Source: Chloropicon primus (taxonomy: Eukaryota). From it: 64,000 bases of DNA. A model generated the notes under the pieces. It saw only the letters and a program-made list of their open reading frames with translations, did not search any database and was not told the origin of the DNA. The DNA is taken from the NCBI GenBank assembly GCA_023205875.1, contig CP060762.1, positions 558,001 to 622,000 of the forward strand, in the 5' to 3' direction. Within the stretch, counting starts at the first letter, position 1. Every line of letters begins with the position of its first letter. Shown here piece after piece: positions 1 to 10,151 of this stretch. Made by a program: the position numbers and the translations under genes.

Positions 1-11
1 TTCGTTTGATA

Positions 12-995
12 CTATACAACTCGCGTCAGCTTCTCGCAGAAGCTGACGTACGGATAAGTGTGACACATGTCCATGCCGTACCAATAGTTGATGGCGATGC
101 AAGGGTGGCCGTCCTCGTCTGAGGCCTGGGAGACGGCGTGGAGCCACATAGCAGGCAAGTACAAGGCTTCCCCTGCTCTCACGGTGACTTGCATGGGAGG
201 AGGTCCTGGTCCGTACGCACTCGGAGGTGAGTTGGGATAGATAGGACACCAACGCACAAGGCGCAGAGGGTCTTCTACATCAAGCTTGAGGCCTCTGTCG
301 TACCGAGCAGCGGGAGCGGACCGCATACCGAGCCTGAACGAGTCCGTTGGCGGCAGCAGCATGAACGTCTTGATCCCGGTCACAACGAAGTACAAGTTCT
401 CGTAGTGATCTCGATGCATTGTCGTCACGCTCCTCTCGTCCCCGATCCAGATGTTCACGGCCTCCGGAGGGCTTCCAAACGCTTCCGTTGCGAATGGCAC
501 ATCCACGCCACAATCCTCCAGTAACGCAGGGAGCTCCGAGCTCAGCGAGGAGTTCTGTGCCGAAAGGTAAGGCACGCCTCCTCCGTCTTCCCTGCCCTTG
601 AGCGCGGCCAGAAACTCGGCGAACTTCATTGTCCTCTCGAACGGCTGCGCGAAAACCTCGCGGCCCGACCCCTTGTCGTGCACCAGAGCATCGGCGTAGC
701 CATCCGGCGTGAACGCCACCGTCACCTCGCAGTCCCCGACCCTCTCCTCCAGGTACTCGGCATTTGCCCAGGGTGATGTTCGCCACCTTTCGCGCTCCAC
801 AGCTCCGCGAAACACCGCTGGTCTCGATGGCACGACGTACTTTCGAAGGAATCCCGCCGCATCACCCATCGGGTAATCTTCCGGAGAGACCCGCTCCACC
901 CTCGTCCCAATCAATTCCCTTAACTCCTCGCTCAGCTCCACCAGCATCCTCCCTTCGTGTTCGCGTTCCTCCATCTCATCACAAGGACTCGGCAT
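12..995 (-). CDS. JMJD7: JmjC-domain hydroxylase, JMJD7-like
   Basis: Cupin-like JmjC motifs: PYLSAQNS, AVNIWIGDERSVTTMHRDHYENLY (HxD), GEALYLPAMWLHAVSQ, AINYWY. Start may be the second Met. Confidence 0.85.
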   Translation of the reverse strand: MPSPCDEMEEREHEGRMLVELSEELRELIGTRVERVSPEDYPMGDAAGFLRKYVVPSRPAVFRGAVERERWRTSPWANAEYLEERVGDCEVTVAFTPDGYADALVHDKGSGREVFAQPFERTMKFAEFLAALKGREDGGGVPYLSAQNSSLSSELPALLEDCGVDVPFATEAFGSPPEAVNIWIGDERSVTTMHRDHYENLYFVVTGIKTFMLLPPTDSFRLGMRSAPAARYDRGLKLDVEDPLRLVRWCPIYPNSPPSAYGPGPPPMQVTVRAGEALYLPAMWLHAVSQASDEDGHPCIAINYWYGMDMCHTYPYVSFCEKLTRVV

Positions 996-1266
996 TCTGT
1001 CTTCACCCCCCTTGGCATTGGCTTCACCCCTCTGCTCCCCTTGGCATTGGCTTCACTCCCTCTGCTCCCCTTCCCTTTGACTTCACTCCCTCTGCTTCAC
1101 TCCCTCTGCTTCACTGCTTGGCTGCCAAGTGGACCTTCCCGAGGCTTGGCGAAGTAGTGCACGAGGGAGGTTGGAGGAGAGGGGCGGACCACACGATTCT
1201 ACGTCTCAAGATCTTTCGTTTGACCGGTCGCTTGCGCTCTTGCGCTCTCGTTCACGACCTCTGTGC

Positions 1267-1267
<1 letters not shown>

Positions 1268-1306
<39 letters not shown>
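1268..1306. repeat. (CAT)n microsatellite
   Basis: About 13 CAT units just upstream of the ATG at 1337. Confidence 0.9.
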
Positions 1307-1307
<1 letters not shown>

Positions 1308-1336
1308 TTCAACGAGGCATCCAACAGGGGAGGAGG

Positions 1337-1915
1337 ATGGCAAGCGAACGGAGTGTGACGACGCGCTCAATGTCAGCGTCCTACAGAGGGAACCTCCTGT
1401 CCGAGAGACAGGCCTTGGAGGTCGCCAGGGCGGCGAAGAGAGTGGCAGTACTCGGCATCAAGACGGCAGACAAGTCGAGCCAAGCTTCCTATTACGTGCC
1501 AGAGTATCTGCAGAGCCAGGGGGTGGAGGTGGTGCCAGTGCCAGTGTACTATCCAGAGGTGAAAGGTAAGGTTGCTCGGCTGCTGTGATTGCCATTTGGC
1601 GTCCCGCTGCTGACACTCATGAACTGCGTTCGTCTTGAATGGGTTGCAGAGATTCTGGGCGAGCGAGTGTATCGCACGGTGTCAGAGGTCCCATCAAGCT
1701 CCTCCCTGTGCATCGTGGACGTGTTCCGGAGGCCCAAGGACCTCCACCAGCATCTCGAGGACCTTTTACAGGCCAAGCCAAAGTGTGTCTGGCTTCAGAG
1801 TGGCATCTCCGACAGAGATTTCGAGGAGGAGCTTGCCAAGAATGGAATCAAGGTCGTCAGCTCGCGCTGTCTTCTCATGGACCACCAAAGAGCTGTGAGG
1901 CAGTCCAGCCTCTGA
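1337..1915 (+). CDS. CoA-binding domain protein (YccU-like); exons 1337-1565 and 1650-1915
   Basis: VAVLG...YVPEYLQSQG.EVVPV, IVDVFRRP and KCVWLQSGI motifs. GTAAG...CTGAC...CAG intron at 1566-1649 joins the exons in frame. Confidence 0.85.
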
Positions 1916-2000
1916 GCAGCCCAGCCTCCGAGTCCTCGGAGTCGACGTCGGGGACTGACGACCAAACTAGGTTCGGTGTAGATGAAAAGTAAATCGGTTA

Positions 2001-4409
2001 TCATATCACGACTTTGAAGATTTTCCATCCTTCGGTTGTTGTCTTGAAAGTGTAGGTCACCTCGTAAGGCTCGCTGTACGCGGACCTCACCTTGCCGCCT
2101 CTCTTCTCAATCAGCTCGGCCTTCTCCTCTATCCTGACCTTGGCGGTGACGACGTTTCCACTCGTCCCGACGTTCGAGATGTCCATGACATTCACATCGA
2201 CGAGCTCGTACTTCCAGTAGCAGCCCGCTCTCTTGGCGCTGATGGCCCTTTCCTTCCACTCCGTCCAGAGGTCGCCCACGAGGGATTCCCTGAGACCCCT
2301 GATGTCGTGCTGCTGCCCCAGGGCACTGCTCTTGATGCCGTTCCACTTCTTGATGAGCCACCTGACCTCCGCGTTCGTCAAGGAAGCCTCAGGCTTCCTC
2401 GCTCGGGTTCCCGTTGAAACCTTTTTGGGAGCCTCCCTCACTTGCTGCTGGTGCCGCACGGCCGTTCTGGCCGGCCGGTCCTCCCTTCCGACGAGCCCAG
2501 AGGCTCCGAAAGCCAGGGCCAGCAGCCCCGCGATACAGGCCTTCCCCAGGAAGGAGAGGTCTCTGTCGCCCTGGATGATGGTCTTCTTCGTGCCGGAGAG
2601 AGCACCCGCGGCGCGGTCCACGCCAGAGTCCCACAGCTGCGCCAAGCCCCATTCCGCGGAGCAGTACCTCCTGACCCTCTTGTCGTCGAAGTACTCCTCC
2701 AGGGTCTTCCTCTTCCCCATTTTTCTCACATCCTTCGTGTCCCTGAAGAGTTCCATCTTGGACGCGAGGTACTGCTCAGCAAACGCGGTGATTCCCTCCA
2801 GGCCCCCTCCTTGCATCCTGATGAAGGTCATCATCATGCTTCCCGAGCTAGGCAGGTCCATCGATCCGGTTCCACTTCCGCCCGCCGTCATCTGCTCCAG
2901 CTCCTTGATGCTGCCCCCGACCGAGGCCTCGGCCTCCTCGAGAATTTCGACGGCCTCCTCGAGCTTGCCCAGCAAAACCATCCCAACCGCCCTCTCACCG
3001 GCGAGGTCCACCGCCCTGCCCGCCCCGACCTCGTCCTCTTCCACCTTGTTCAGGAGCTCCAGGCCCCGGACCACGAGCTTGGGCTCCTTGTCGAGGAAGC
3101 CCGACAAGATTCCGGCCAGGGCGGCCTTGTAGAGCATGCTCGAATCGTACCAGACGCCGACGGGCGTCTCGGGGGCCGCGAAGTCAACCTCTCTCCACGG
3201 AAGGAAGGCGAGCGTCTCCCTCACGGTCAGTGCCTTGAGAACCGCCTGAACGAAAGAGTTGGTGATGCTGGAGTCGATGTTGTCCTCCAGGAGAAGCTCC
3301 TCGAGGACAAGGGCGGCCTGCTGCCTCGTGGCGCCGTGGTGGTCTTCGAGGGGCAACCTCAGGTGGTCCAGGGCGCAGGGAGCCACGAGCCTCTCCAGGG
3401 TCCCCTCAATCTCCTCGCAGAGGAGGGGCATGAGCCGCGGCTTTCCGGGCGCGGACTTGAGGAGCTCCAGCGCGGAGTTCAAGTGCGCGCACCCCTCGGC
3501 CACCCTCCTCTTCTGCTTCCTCTTCGAGGGGGAAGGGGGTGGCCCAGAAGGGCTGTTGTCCAAGTAAACCTTCGCGAGCTCGCAGTGCGACAAGGCCACC
3601 GCGAGGGACACGTCCCTCCTCTGCGTCCTCGAGAGCCTGGCCCTCCTCTCCTGCACCGCCGGGGTCTGCACCCCCTCCGACGACGACGACGCGGGCATCA
3701 CGAGGCCGAAGAGGTCGGCCACCGGCGACGACCCGGACTGGTCGAGCAGGCTCGTGCCGAGCGCAATGCAGTTCTCGAAATCGCCCACCTCGACGAGGAG
3801 GAGGGCCACGCCGCTCATCCAGGACACGGGGAGCGCCACGGACTCGTGCGTGGGCCTGAGGGCGATGCCCCCCTGGGAGCCAGCCGTGCTCATCCTCACC
3901 CGGCTCCGCGAGGGGCTGCGACTCGTCAGCGCCTGCCTCGCGAGTTCCAGGACCCTCTGCCTCCCCTCCGCGGCGTCCGAGCTGAAGGGAATGCCCTGCT
4001 GGTTCGACGCCGCCGTCCTCGAGGCGTACGCCCTGTCCAGCTCCTCCCTCGACGCGTGGCGCTGGGAACCCAACCCCAGCACCTTGTAGTAGTCAATGGG
4101 CACCGGAAACGTTCGCTCCCTCCCCTTCACGCCGACCTCGAACGCCTCCGACAGGGAGGACGACAGGACCCTCCGTCCGCCATCCCTCGATGCCGCCAAC
4201 GCGATCCCCCCGGAGGACGAGGACGAGGTCTTGGAATGGCCAAAGCCGAAGCCTCTCCCCGGTTTCCTGATCACGCCATGGCGTGGGGGGTGAAGGTGAA
4301 GAAGATGCTGGTGCTGGTGCTGGTGGCGGCCAGAAGGAGCAGCAGACAAAGCACCGCAAGAGGAAGAAGAAGAGTGAGAAGCAGACGAAATGCTCGCCGC
4401 CTTGTCCAT
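2001..4409 (-). CDS. ARC6: ARC6/Ftn2-like chloroplast division protein
   Basis: Ser-rich transit-like N-terminus, J-like PIDYYKVLGL, RRDVSLAVALSHC, one TM segment, C-terminal IMS/DUF4101-like region (WNGIKSSALG, GCYWKYEL, YEVTY...WKI). Alternative start at 4496. Confidence 0.85.
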   Translation of the reverse strand: MDKAASISSASHSSSSSCGALSAAPSGRHQHQHQHLLHLHPPRHGVIRKPGRGFGFGHSKTSSSSSGGIALAASRDGGRRVLSSSLSEAFEVGVKGRERTFPVPIDYYKVLGLGSQRHASREELDRAYASRTAASNQQGIPFSSDAAEGRQRVLELARQALTSRSPSRSRVRMSTAGSQGGIALRPTHESVALPVSWMSGVALLLVEVGDFENCIALGTSLLDQSGSSPVADLFGLVMPASSSSEGVQTPAVQERRARLSRTQRRDVSLAVALSHCELAKVYLDNSPSGPPPSPSKRKQKRRVAEGCAHLNSALELLKSAPGKPRLMPLLCEEIEGTLERLVAPCALDHLRLPLEDHHGATRQQAALVLEELLLEDNIDSSITNSFVQAVLKALTVRETLAFLPWREVDFAAPETPVGVWYDSSMLYKAALAGILSGFLDKEPKLVVRGLELLNKVEEDEVGAGRAVDLAGERAVGMVLLGKLEEAVEILEEAEASVGGSIKELEQMTAGGSGTGSMDLPSSGSMMMTFIRMQGGGLEGITAFAEQYLASKMELFRDTKDVRKMGKRKTLEEYFDDKRVRRYCSAEWGLAQLWDSGVDRAAGALSGTKKTIIQGDRDLSFLGKACIAGLLALAFGASGLVGREDRPARTAVRHQQQVREAPKKVSTGTRARKPEASLTNAEVRWLIKKWNGIKSSALGQQHDIRGLRESLVGDLWTEWKERAISAKRAGCYWKYELVDVNVMDISNVGTSGNVVTAKVRIEEKAELIEKRGGKVRSAYSEPYEVTYTFKTTTEGWKIFKVVI

Positions 4410-4476
4410 CGTATCGTTTCGCTCGCCCTCAAGCAAGCTTCCTTCTTCTTCTTCTTCTTCCCCGATCGAGGTTCGC

Positions 4477-4531
4477 CTCCCGCCAAAAAATCCCATTTTC
4501 TGATGCAAAAAATGTGCACTTTTGGCGGGAG
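4477..4531. promoter_or_regulatory. Inverted pair of E2F-like sites (TTTTGGCGGGAG)
   Basis: ctcccgccaaaa at 4477-4488 and ttttggcgggag at 4520-4531 match the TTTSSCGS consensus. Confidence 0.55.
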
Positions 4532-4557
4532 CGGTTACATATTGACGAATCGCCTTT

Positions 4558-5598
4558 TTGCTTGTGGCGCTCGCCTTCCTCGTGTGGGGGCGACGGAGTC
4601 CGAGGCCGGCGACGACGGGGGCGAGATCCGTGCACCTGGCGAGGGTCCAGGCGACGCCGAGGGTCCAGGCGACGACTCTGCCGCGCGGGAATGGGACGCA
4701 TCGACTCGCGGACGGCTGCCACCACGTGTTCCTGGACGTCGGGGCGAACATTGGGATCCACACCCGGTTCCTGTTCGAGCCTTCGCTGTACCCGGACGCG
4801 AGCTTGTCGACGGCGATTTTCGAGTCCCAGTTCGGCAGCGGCCGGGACAACAGGGACTTTTGCGCGTTCGGTTTCGAGCCCAATCCCGCTCACGCGGACA
4901 GGCACCGGGAGCTGGAGGCGATGTACGGCGCCATGGGCTGGAGGTACACACCCGTGCTCGCGGCGGCGGGGAACAAGGAGGGGGCACTGACCTTTTACCA
5001 CAACGCCAAAGGCGCCGGGAGCGAGGAGTGGGGGTTCTCCTCCTCGCTCCACGCGGATCCCAAGGACGTGATCGCGGAGGAAGTCCCGGTCGTCCACCTG
5101 GCCCGCTGGATCGAGAGGGAGATCATGGGGTGGAAGCTCCCGGCCCGCGTTTACGGCAAGTACGAGGGGGATCCCGGCCCCAAGGTCGTGATGAAGATGG
5201 ACGTGGAGGGGCAAGAGTACTACCTCCTTCCCAGCCTGCTTGCCACCGGGGTCATGTGCAAGGGGGTCGACTTTGTCTTCGGGGAGCACCACGCCCGCTT
5301 CTTCCGGTCGCACCAGAGCGGCACGGATTTTGACGCGCGAGGGGACCTGGACCGCTTCGACATCGACAAGCAGGCGTGGTCCTGGCACACCGCGTACGAG
5401 AAGATCTTCGGAGACCTGAAATTCAAGAAGTACCCCAAGGGAGAGCTCGTGGTGGAGTCGGAAGAGGACGCCTGGCGGATATTCGACTTGCTGGTGACGA
5501 TGATGATGTCCACAACCGAAGAGGATTGCAAGACGACCTTTCTCATGGCCGACGACGAGAGCTACCTCCACGATGGCGCCCCCTGGCCCGCCCCATGA
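4558..5598 (+). CDS. FkbM-like SAM-dependent methyltransferase with N-terminal hydrophobic anchor; start codon unresolved
   Basis: VFLDVGANIG, FGFEPNP and VVMKMDVEGQEY motifs. No in-frame ATG before the SAM motif. Confidence 0.65.
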   Translation: MLVALAFLVWGRRSPRPATTGARSVHLARVQATPRVQATTLPRGNGTHRLADGCHHVFLDVGANIGIHTRFLFEPSLYPDASLSTAIFESQFGSGRDNRDFCAFGFEPNPAHADRHRELEAMYGAMGWRYTPVLAAAGNKEGALTFYHNAKGAGSEEWGFSSSLHADPKDVIAEEVPVVHLARWIEREIMGWKLPARVYGKYEGDPGPKVVMKMDVEGQEYYLLPSLLATGVMCKGVDFVFGEHHARFFRSHQSGTDFDARGDLDRFDIDKQAWSWHTAYEKIFGDLKFKKYPKGELVVESEEDAWRIFDLLVTMMMSTTEEDCKTTFLMADDESYLHDGAPWPAP

Positions 5599-5769
5599 GG
5601 CGAGCCCCCCCAAGTCGTCTCGAAGAAGCACTGGAGCAAAAATACAGAAGCACAATTGTCCTAAGGCTCGTTCACGGGGAGGCCATATGGTTCATGGTGT
5701 GAGCCCCCGCTCTCAGTCGTCGTCGATCAAAATCGTAAATAAACCTAACACACATACGCACACAAAGTA

Positions 5770-7188
5770 TTACAAATAAACAGTGTCCACCTCGCAATTC
5801 CCAAGTCTTGTGTCGCTTCCGCTGAACTCCTTCCAAAACGTGCTGTGGCCAAAAGCAACGATCACTTTCTGGGGCTGTTCCAGGACCCACTGGCGGAAGA
5901 GTCCCACCCGCTTCTGCAGGTTCTTCTTTGGCTCCCTGCTCTCGAACTTCATCTCTATCGCACAATTTTTGTTGGGCTGCCACCACCACCGCTCCTCCAG
6001 CGCCTCCTCCAGTGCTTCCTTCAAGTTTGGAAAGTCCTTGACGAGGTGAGACTTGGGCCTGCCGATGTCCCCGGTCGTGGCAAGGTGCTCCGCCATCAGG
6101 CTGCAGATGGCGACCTTGCCGTCGAGCGCGGAAGGCAGGGCGCCAAGGAGGGTCTGGATGCACCTCGTGAGTGGCGAGGCAACGAAAAGCACGGGGCTTG
6201 AGCCATCCTGGCCGCTGAGACGCCCAAGGGAAACCACGGAAGAAGGGCAGGGACGTCAGTTGTGGCTGATCAGCGAGCGCCGAAAGAGGTCAAACTCCTT
6301 ACCTTTGGGGCAATTTTTCAAGCAGCGTCGGCCTCAGGCTCGCCGCCTGCTGCTTGCCCAAGTCAGTGAGGGCCGCATCAAACACAAAGGGATCCTCAAG
6401 ACTCCTCGAGTACCGATCCAAGGCGTTGTACACGCTCTCCCCGTGCCTGACTATGATGACCTTCTTGCGGTCACATTTCTGAAGATGTAGGGCGTCTTCA
6501 TCACAGAATCCGAGAGGTTGGCGCCCGCGCCTTGGCCACTGGACGAGGGAACCCCGCACTGTATCTCCCCGCACCTTCCTGTCACCGGTGGTGTCGTGTC
6601 ATTGTAGACGGCCTCCTGTTGCGGGCCGTTCACTCTCTCGGGAGTCGCCTCCTCCGCGGTCGACTGCGGCTCGTCGTGGCTCCTCTCGTAGTTCTGCGAG
6701 CAGTGAATGACGAAGCCGTCGTCCTCATCCATCGCCGGGCCCCGCTCTTCCTCCTCGACCTTTGCGGGGGTGCGGCGGAACCTCAGTTTTCTCAACGAGG
6801 GCAGCGCCAGGGGAGAAGCCAGTGACGCCCCCGCGGAGGAGGTCCCTTCCTTCAGGGGAGTCTCAAAGTATGCCCCACCGCCATCTTTGCTTTCGTTCTC
6901 AAGCTGCCTCAGGAAAAACTCTCCAGCTTGCCAAAGGAGGGCGAAAGAAGGACAACCCTTGCGTCAGCACAACACAACACCTTTGGCCCTCCCAGCTGAG
7001 AACAACAGCAACAACAACAAAAAGCAGAAGAGCTTTGGCATACACTTACCTCTCACGCAGGAGCTCCTCCTCCGCTGGCTCTTCGTCTCCAAGCCAGTCC
7101 TTCTGTCGACGTTCTCTTGGTGGTTGAAGGTGTCCACGCCGTCGCACTTGTCCTCGAGGGATTCCCTCGGCCTCTTCGTGCTCGCCAT
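5770..7188 (-). CDS. Histidine phosphatase/phosphoglycerate mutase family protein; multi-exon, with a frame break near 6465
   Basis: VIIVRHGES, DAALTDLGKQQA, SPLTRCIQT and FGHS...LGNCE motifs. Introns at ~7049-6927 and 6302-6215. Confidence 0.75.
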
Positions 7189-7614
7189 CGCGCGCAGAAT
7201 TCTAACGCAATGCTCTCTCCCTCCCTCCTTCCAAGCACAAACCTTTCTGTTCGCAACACTCACGTCAGGAGCACGCCATGATTGCCTTCCATTCGAAGAC
7301 GCCGCCAACGCCAACGCACCCCTTCGCCCTCACCTCTCCCTCTCTCAGTCTCTTCCCCTTGCAACCAACCACCACACCCATGCAATTGAATGGCCTTTCC
7401 ACGGACGCTTCTCTCTCTCTCCTCCCGTCAAGCGACGGCTCGTTCGAAAGATCTCGAGATACTCTTTTGCTTGATGTCCTCCCTCGCTCGGTCACCCCAA
7501 CCCCTTCCGCTCTCGTTCCTCCTCCCTTGGAGACCAAACACCCCGCACCTCCTTCGCGCTTCCTCGCCTCTCCACCTGTGAAAAAAACATTTGAACTCTC
7601 TCTCTCTCGATAAC

Positions 7615-7884
7615 GGCTGAGAAGTTGGTGGAGAGGGCGAGCTTCCTTGGCGAAGTGAGGACGGAAGAGGGAGGGAGTCGTGCGGGGGACGACGCACAAC
7701 GAAAGAACGCCTCTCGGTCTTTCGAACGAGCCGTCGGTCGACGCGTTTGGTGCCCGGTGTGGTGCGGGAGGTAGGAAGAAGGGCGGAGGGAGGAAGGGCT
7801 GAGAAGTTGGTGGAGAGGGCGAGCTTCCTTGGCGAAGTGAGGACGGAAGAGGGAGGGAGTCGTGCGGAGGACGACGCACAACGA
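7615..7884. repeat. 88-bp direct repeat (7615-7702 and 7797-7884)
   Basis: Near-identical copies; the second ends on the ATG of the next gene. Confidence 0.9.
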
Positions 7885-9827
7885 TGTTGAGATGGTTTAG
7901 AAGTCCCTCCAAGGACGGGAAGAAGCCCGAGGAAGGGAAGAGGCACAAGGTTCACCTGGGGGAGTCAAAAAATAAGTTTTATTTCGATGAGAAGCTGAAG
8001 AGGTGGAGAGTGGAGGGGGAGGAGGAGGGGGAGGAGGAGGAGGCGGGCCCTCCGTCTCCGCCCAAGATGTCGGCAGCGGCGGTGGCTTTCGGAGCCCCTG
8101 GAGGAGGTTTTTCTCACGGCAACGGGGCGCAGAGCGAGGGCATCTCGAGCGAGGGCGGTGGACTGAACTGGTCCGCGGCGAATCCGAACCAGGATCTGAG
8201 CCGATCCATGACTAGCAACGACACCCAGCGATCTTCAGCCAACGTGCGGAGGAACATTCGCTCGAGGTACGTGGATGCTTTTGGCAACCAGTCCGTCGAC
8301 TCCGCGGTCGCCGGTGCGGCGACCACGAAGAAGGCACCGCTGCTTCCCTTTGCTCCCGTTCCAAGCACTGGCGGCGGTTTGAACGGGAGTCACGCCACGG
8401 CAAGCGTCTCCATGTTTGTTCCGAGTCAAGTTGGGGACGAGGACGCCCAACAAGCGGGTGGTTATGCGAGCTTTCAGCCCTCGGATCCTTGGACGGAGAC
8501 CAAGGCGGCAGTCCAGCAACCCCAGCAGGAGGGGGAGCAGGAGGCGGAGTCTTCGCCCCCTGATCCACCGGGAGTCGCACAGCAGGCTCCCCTCGAGGGC
8601 GTTGGTGATCCTCTCACCTTGCACGAGAGCGTGCAGAGTGCCCCGTACTACCAGGACCAGGGCTTCGACTTTGGTCCTCGTGGGGACGTGGCGCCAGAGT
8701 CCGAGTGGGAACCTCAGTACGACATGTCACACGGCGTGGCAGTGCCTCAGCAAACTGCGCACCACAACGATTGGCACGAAGAAGGAGGACATGGCGATCG
8801 TTGCGGTAACTCGGAAGAAGCGACGCTGGAGGGGGGGTACGAGGTGGTGGATGGGGAGACGCGGGCGCAGGGGGAGCAGGACGATTTCGCCCACCTGATG
8901 CAGCAGACGAAAGCGGAAGAATTCGAAGGTCCCCTCACTCCGGGGGATTACGAATCTTCAGAGGGGTCGCGGGAGGCCGCCGGCCGACACAACGGCGACG
9001 ACGTGGGGCTGCCTGTGGCCGAGCAGCACGTCGTCCCTCCAGGCCGCACAGACGTCGATCATTCAGCGGATTGTTCGGGCGAGCTGCCGCGGCAGCCGTC
9101 TCTGGACGTCTACCTCCACAGCCCATCCTCCGGGGTGCAGGAAGCGTCTCCGCTGCAACAGCAGAGGCCGGAGGAGGATTGGCCCCCTTCTGAGAAATCG
9201 CCGGACACCGCCAGCGCGGGAACGAGGGGATCCCAGCACGCGCCTGGATCTTCAGACCGGGGGCACACGCCTCCCGAGAAGACGACTCTCAACGGCGATC
9301 CGGCAGCGATCGCCCGGGACCCCTACATCGTCGAGGGGGTGATCCGCAGCCTGGTCTGCGAGAACCAAGTCTTCAGGGACAAGGTGAAGTCCCTCGAGGA
9401 GGAAGCGAGCGCGCAAAAGGCGGAGCAGGTCGAGCTCAAACTCCAGCTGCACTGCCTGGAGTCGGACATGAACGACCTGCTGGTGTGCTTGGGCCAAGAG
9501 TCGTCCAAGGTGAGTAAGCTCGTGGGGGCCCTGAACGAGCTCGGAGTCGACGGCGGTGAGATGCTCCGGGAGGCCGAGGAGGCGATCCTGGCCCACCCGG
9601 GGGAATCTGGGGTGGCGCAGGAGGAAGTGGAGGGCAAGGGGGACAAGGGGGACGACGACGAAGCGAGCTCCACTTCGTCCTCCCTTTTCTGCGACGAGTC
9701 GGAGGCGGCGATGAGCCCCCCGCCCGCTCCTCCTGGCGGGCACGAGGACGAGGACGAGGAGAGCGTCTACGAGACGGAGGAGGCGGATTACAGCATGCCC
9801 ACCCTCCGCAACTCGATCCACCTGTAA
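7884..9827 (+). CDS. Largely disordered protein with a Sec16-C-terminus-like N-terminal motif and a Uso1/p115-like C-terminal coiled coil
   Basis: LGESKNKFYFDEKLKRWRVEG...PPSPP and RSRYVD at the N-terminus; MNDLLVCLGQESSKVSKL...LGVD plus an acidic tail at the C-terminus. Confidence 0.7.
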   Translation: MLRWFRSPSKDGKKPEEGKRHKVHLGESKNKFYFDEKLKRWRVEGEEEGEEEEAGPPSPPKMSAAAVAFGAPGGGFSHGNGAQSEGISSEGGGLNWSAANPNQDLSRSMTSNDTQRSSANVRRNIRSRYVDAFGNQSVDSAVAGAATTKKAPLLPFAPVPSTGGGLNGSHATASVSMFVPSQVGDEDAQQAGGYASFQPSDPWTETKAAVQQPQQEGEQEAESSPPDPPGVAQQAPLEGVGDPLTLHESVQSAPYYQDQGFDFGPRGDVAPESEWEPQYDMSHGVAVPQQTAHHNDWHEEGGHGDRCGNSEEATLEGGYEVVDGETRAQGEQDDFAHLMQQTKAEEFEGPLTPGDYESSEGSREAAGRHNGDDVGLPVAEQHVVPPGRTDVDHSADCSGELPRQPSLDVYLHSPSSGVQEASPLQQQRPEEDWPPSEKSPDTASAGTRGSQHAPGSSDRGHTPPEKTTLNGDPAAIARDPYIVEGVIRSLVCENQVFRDKVKSLEEEASAQKAEQVELKLQLHCLESDMNDLLVCLGQESSKVSKLVGALNELGVDGGEMLREAEEAILAHPGESGVAQEEVEGKGDKGDDDEASSTSSSLFCDESEAAMSPPPAPPGGHEDEDEESVYETEEADYSMPTLRNSIHL

Positions 9828-9885
9828 ATGAAAAAAGTGCAATCCACTGGGATCAAAACATTGGTGAATCACCCCTTCACTCACG

Positions 9886-9910
9886 GAGAGAGAGAGAGAG
9901 AGAGAGAGAG
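9886..9910. repeat. (GA)n microsatellite
   Basis: Read directly from the sequence. Confidence 0.9.
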
Positions 9911-10151
9911 TTCCACCCAATCATCCGCTTCCTTCTGCTGTCCCCCCCCTCCCTGCCGTCCTCGTTTGGCATACCCCCTGCTGCTGAAAACGGATGATTG
10001 ATGGGACCCCTCCCCCCCTCCTGCCCCCTTCTGGGTGCCACCCTGGCCTTTGACTCCTCGTGATTGATTGGGACACATTGGGGTCCCTCCATCCCCTCCC
10101 TCCATCCCCTCCCCTCCATCCCCTCCCCTCCATCCCCGCTGCGCTGGTAAG

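Noticed and set aside
764..1336. Poly-His N-terminal extension of the CoA-binding protein
   Set aside because: It derives from a CAT microsatellite and overlaps JMJD7 antisense; ATG 1337 is the better start.
2442..5333. 963-aa plus-strand ORF
   Set aside because: Antisense shadow of ARC6 in GC-rich coding DNA; no motifs.
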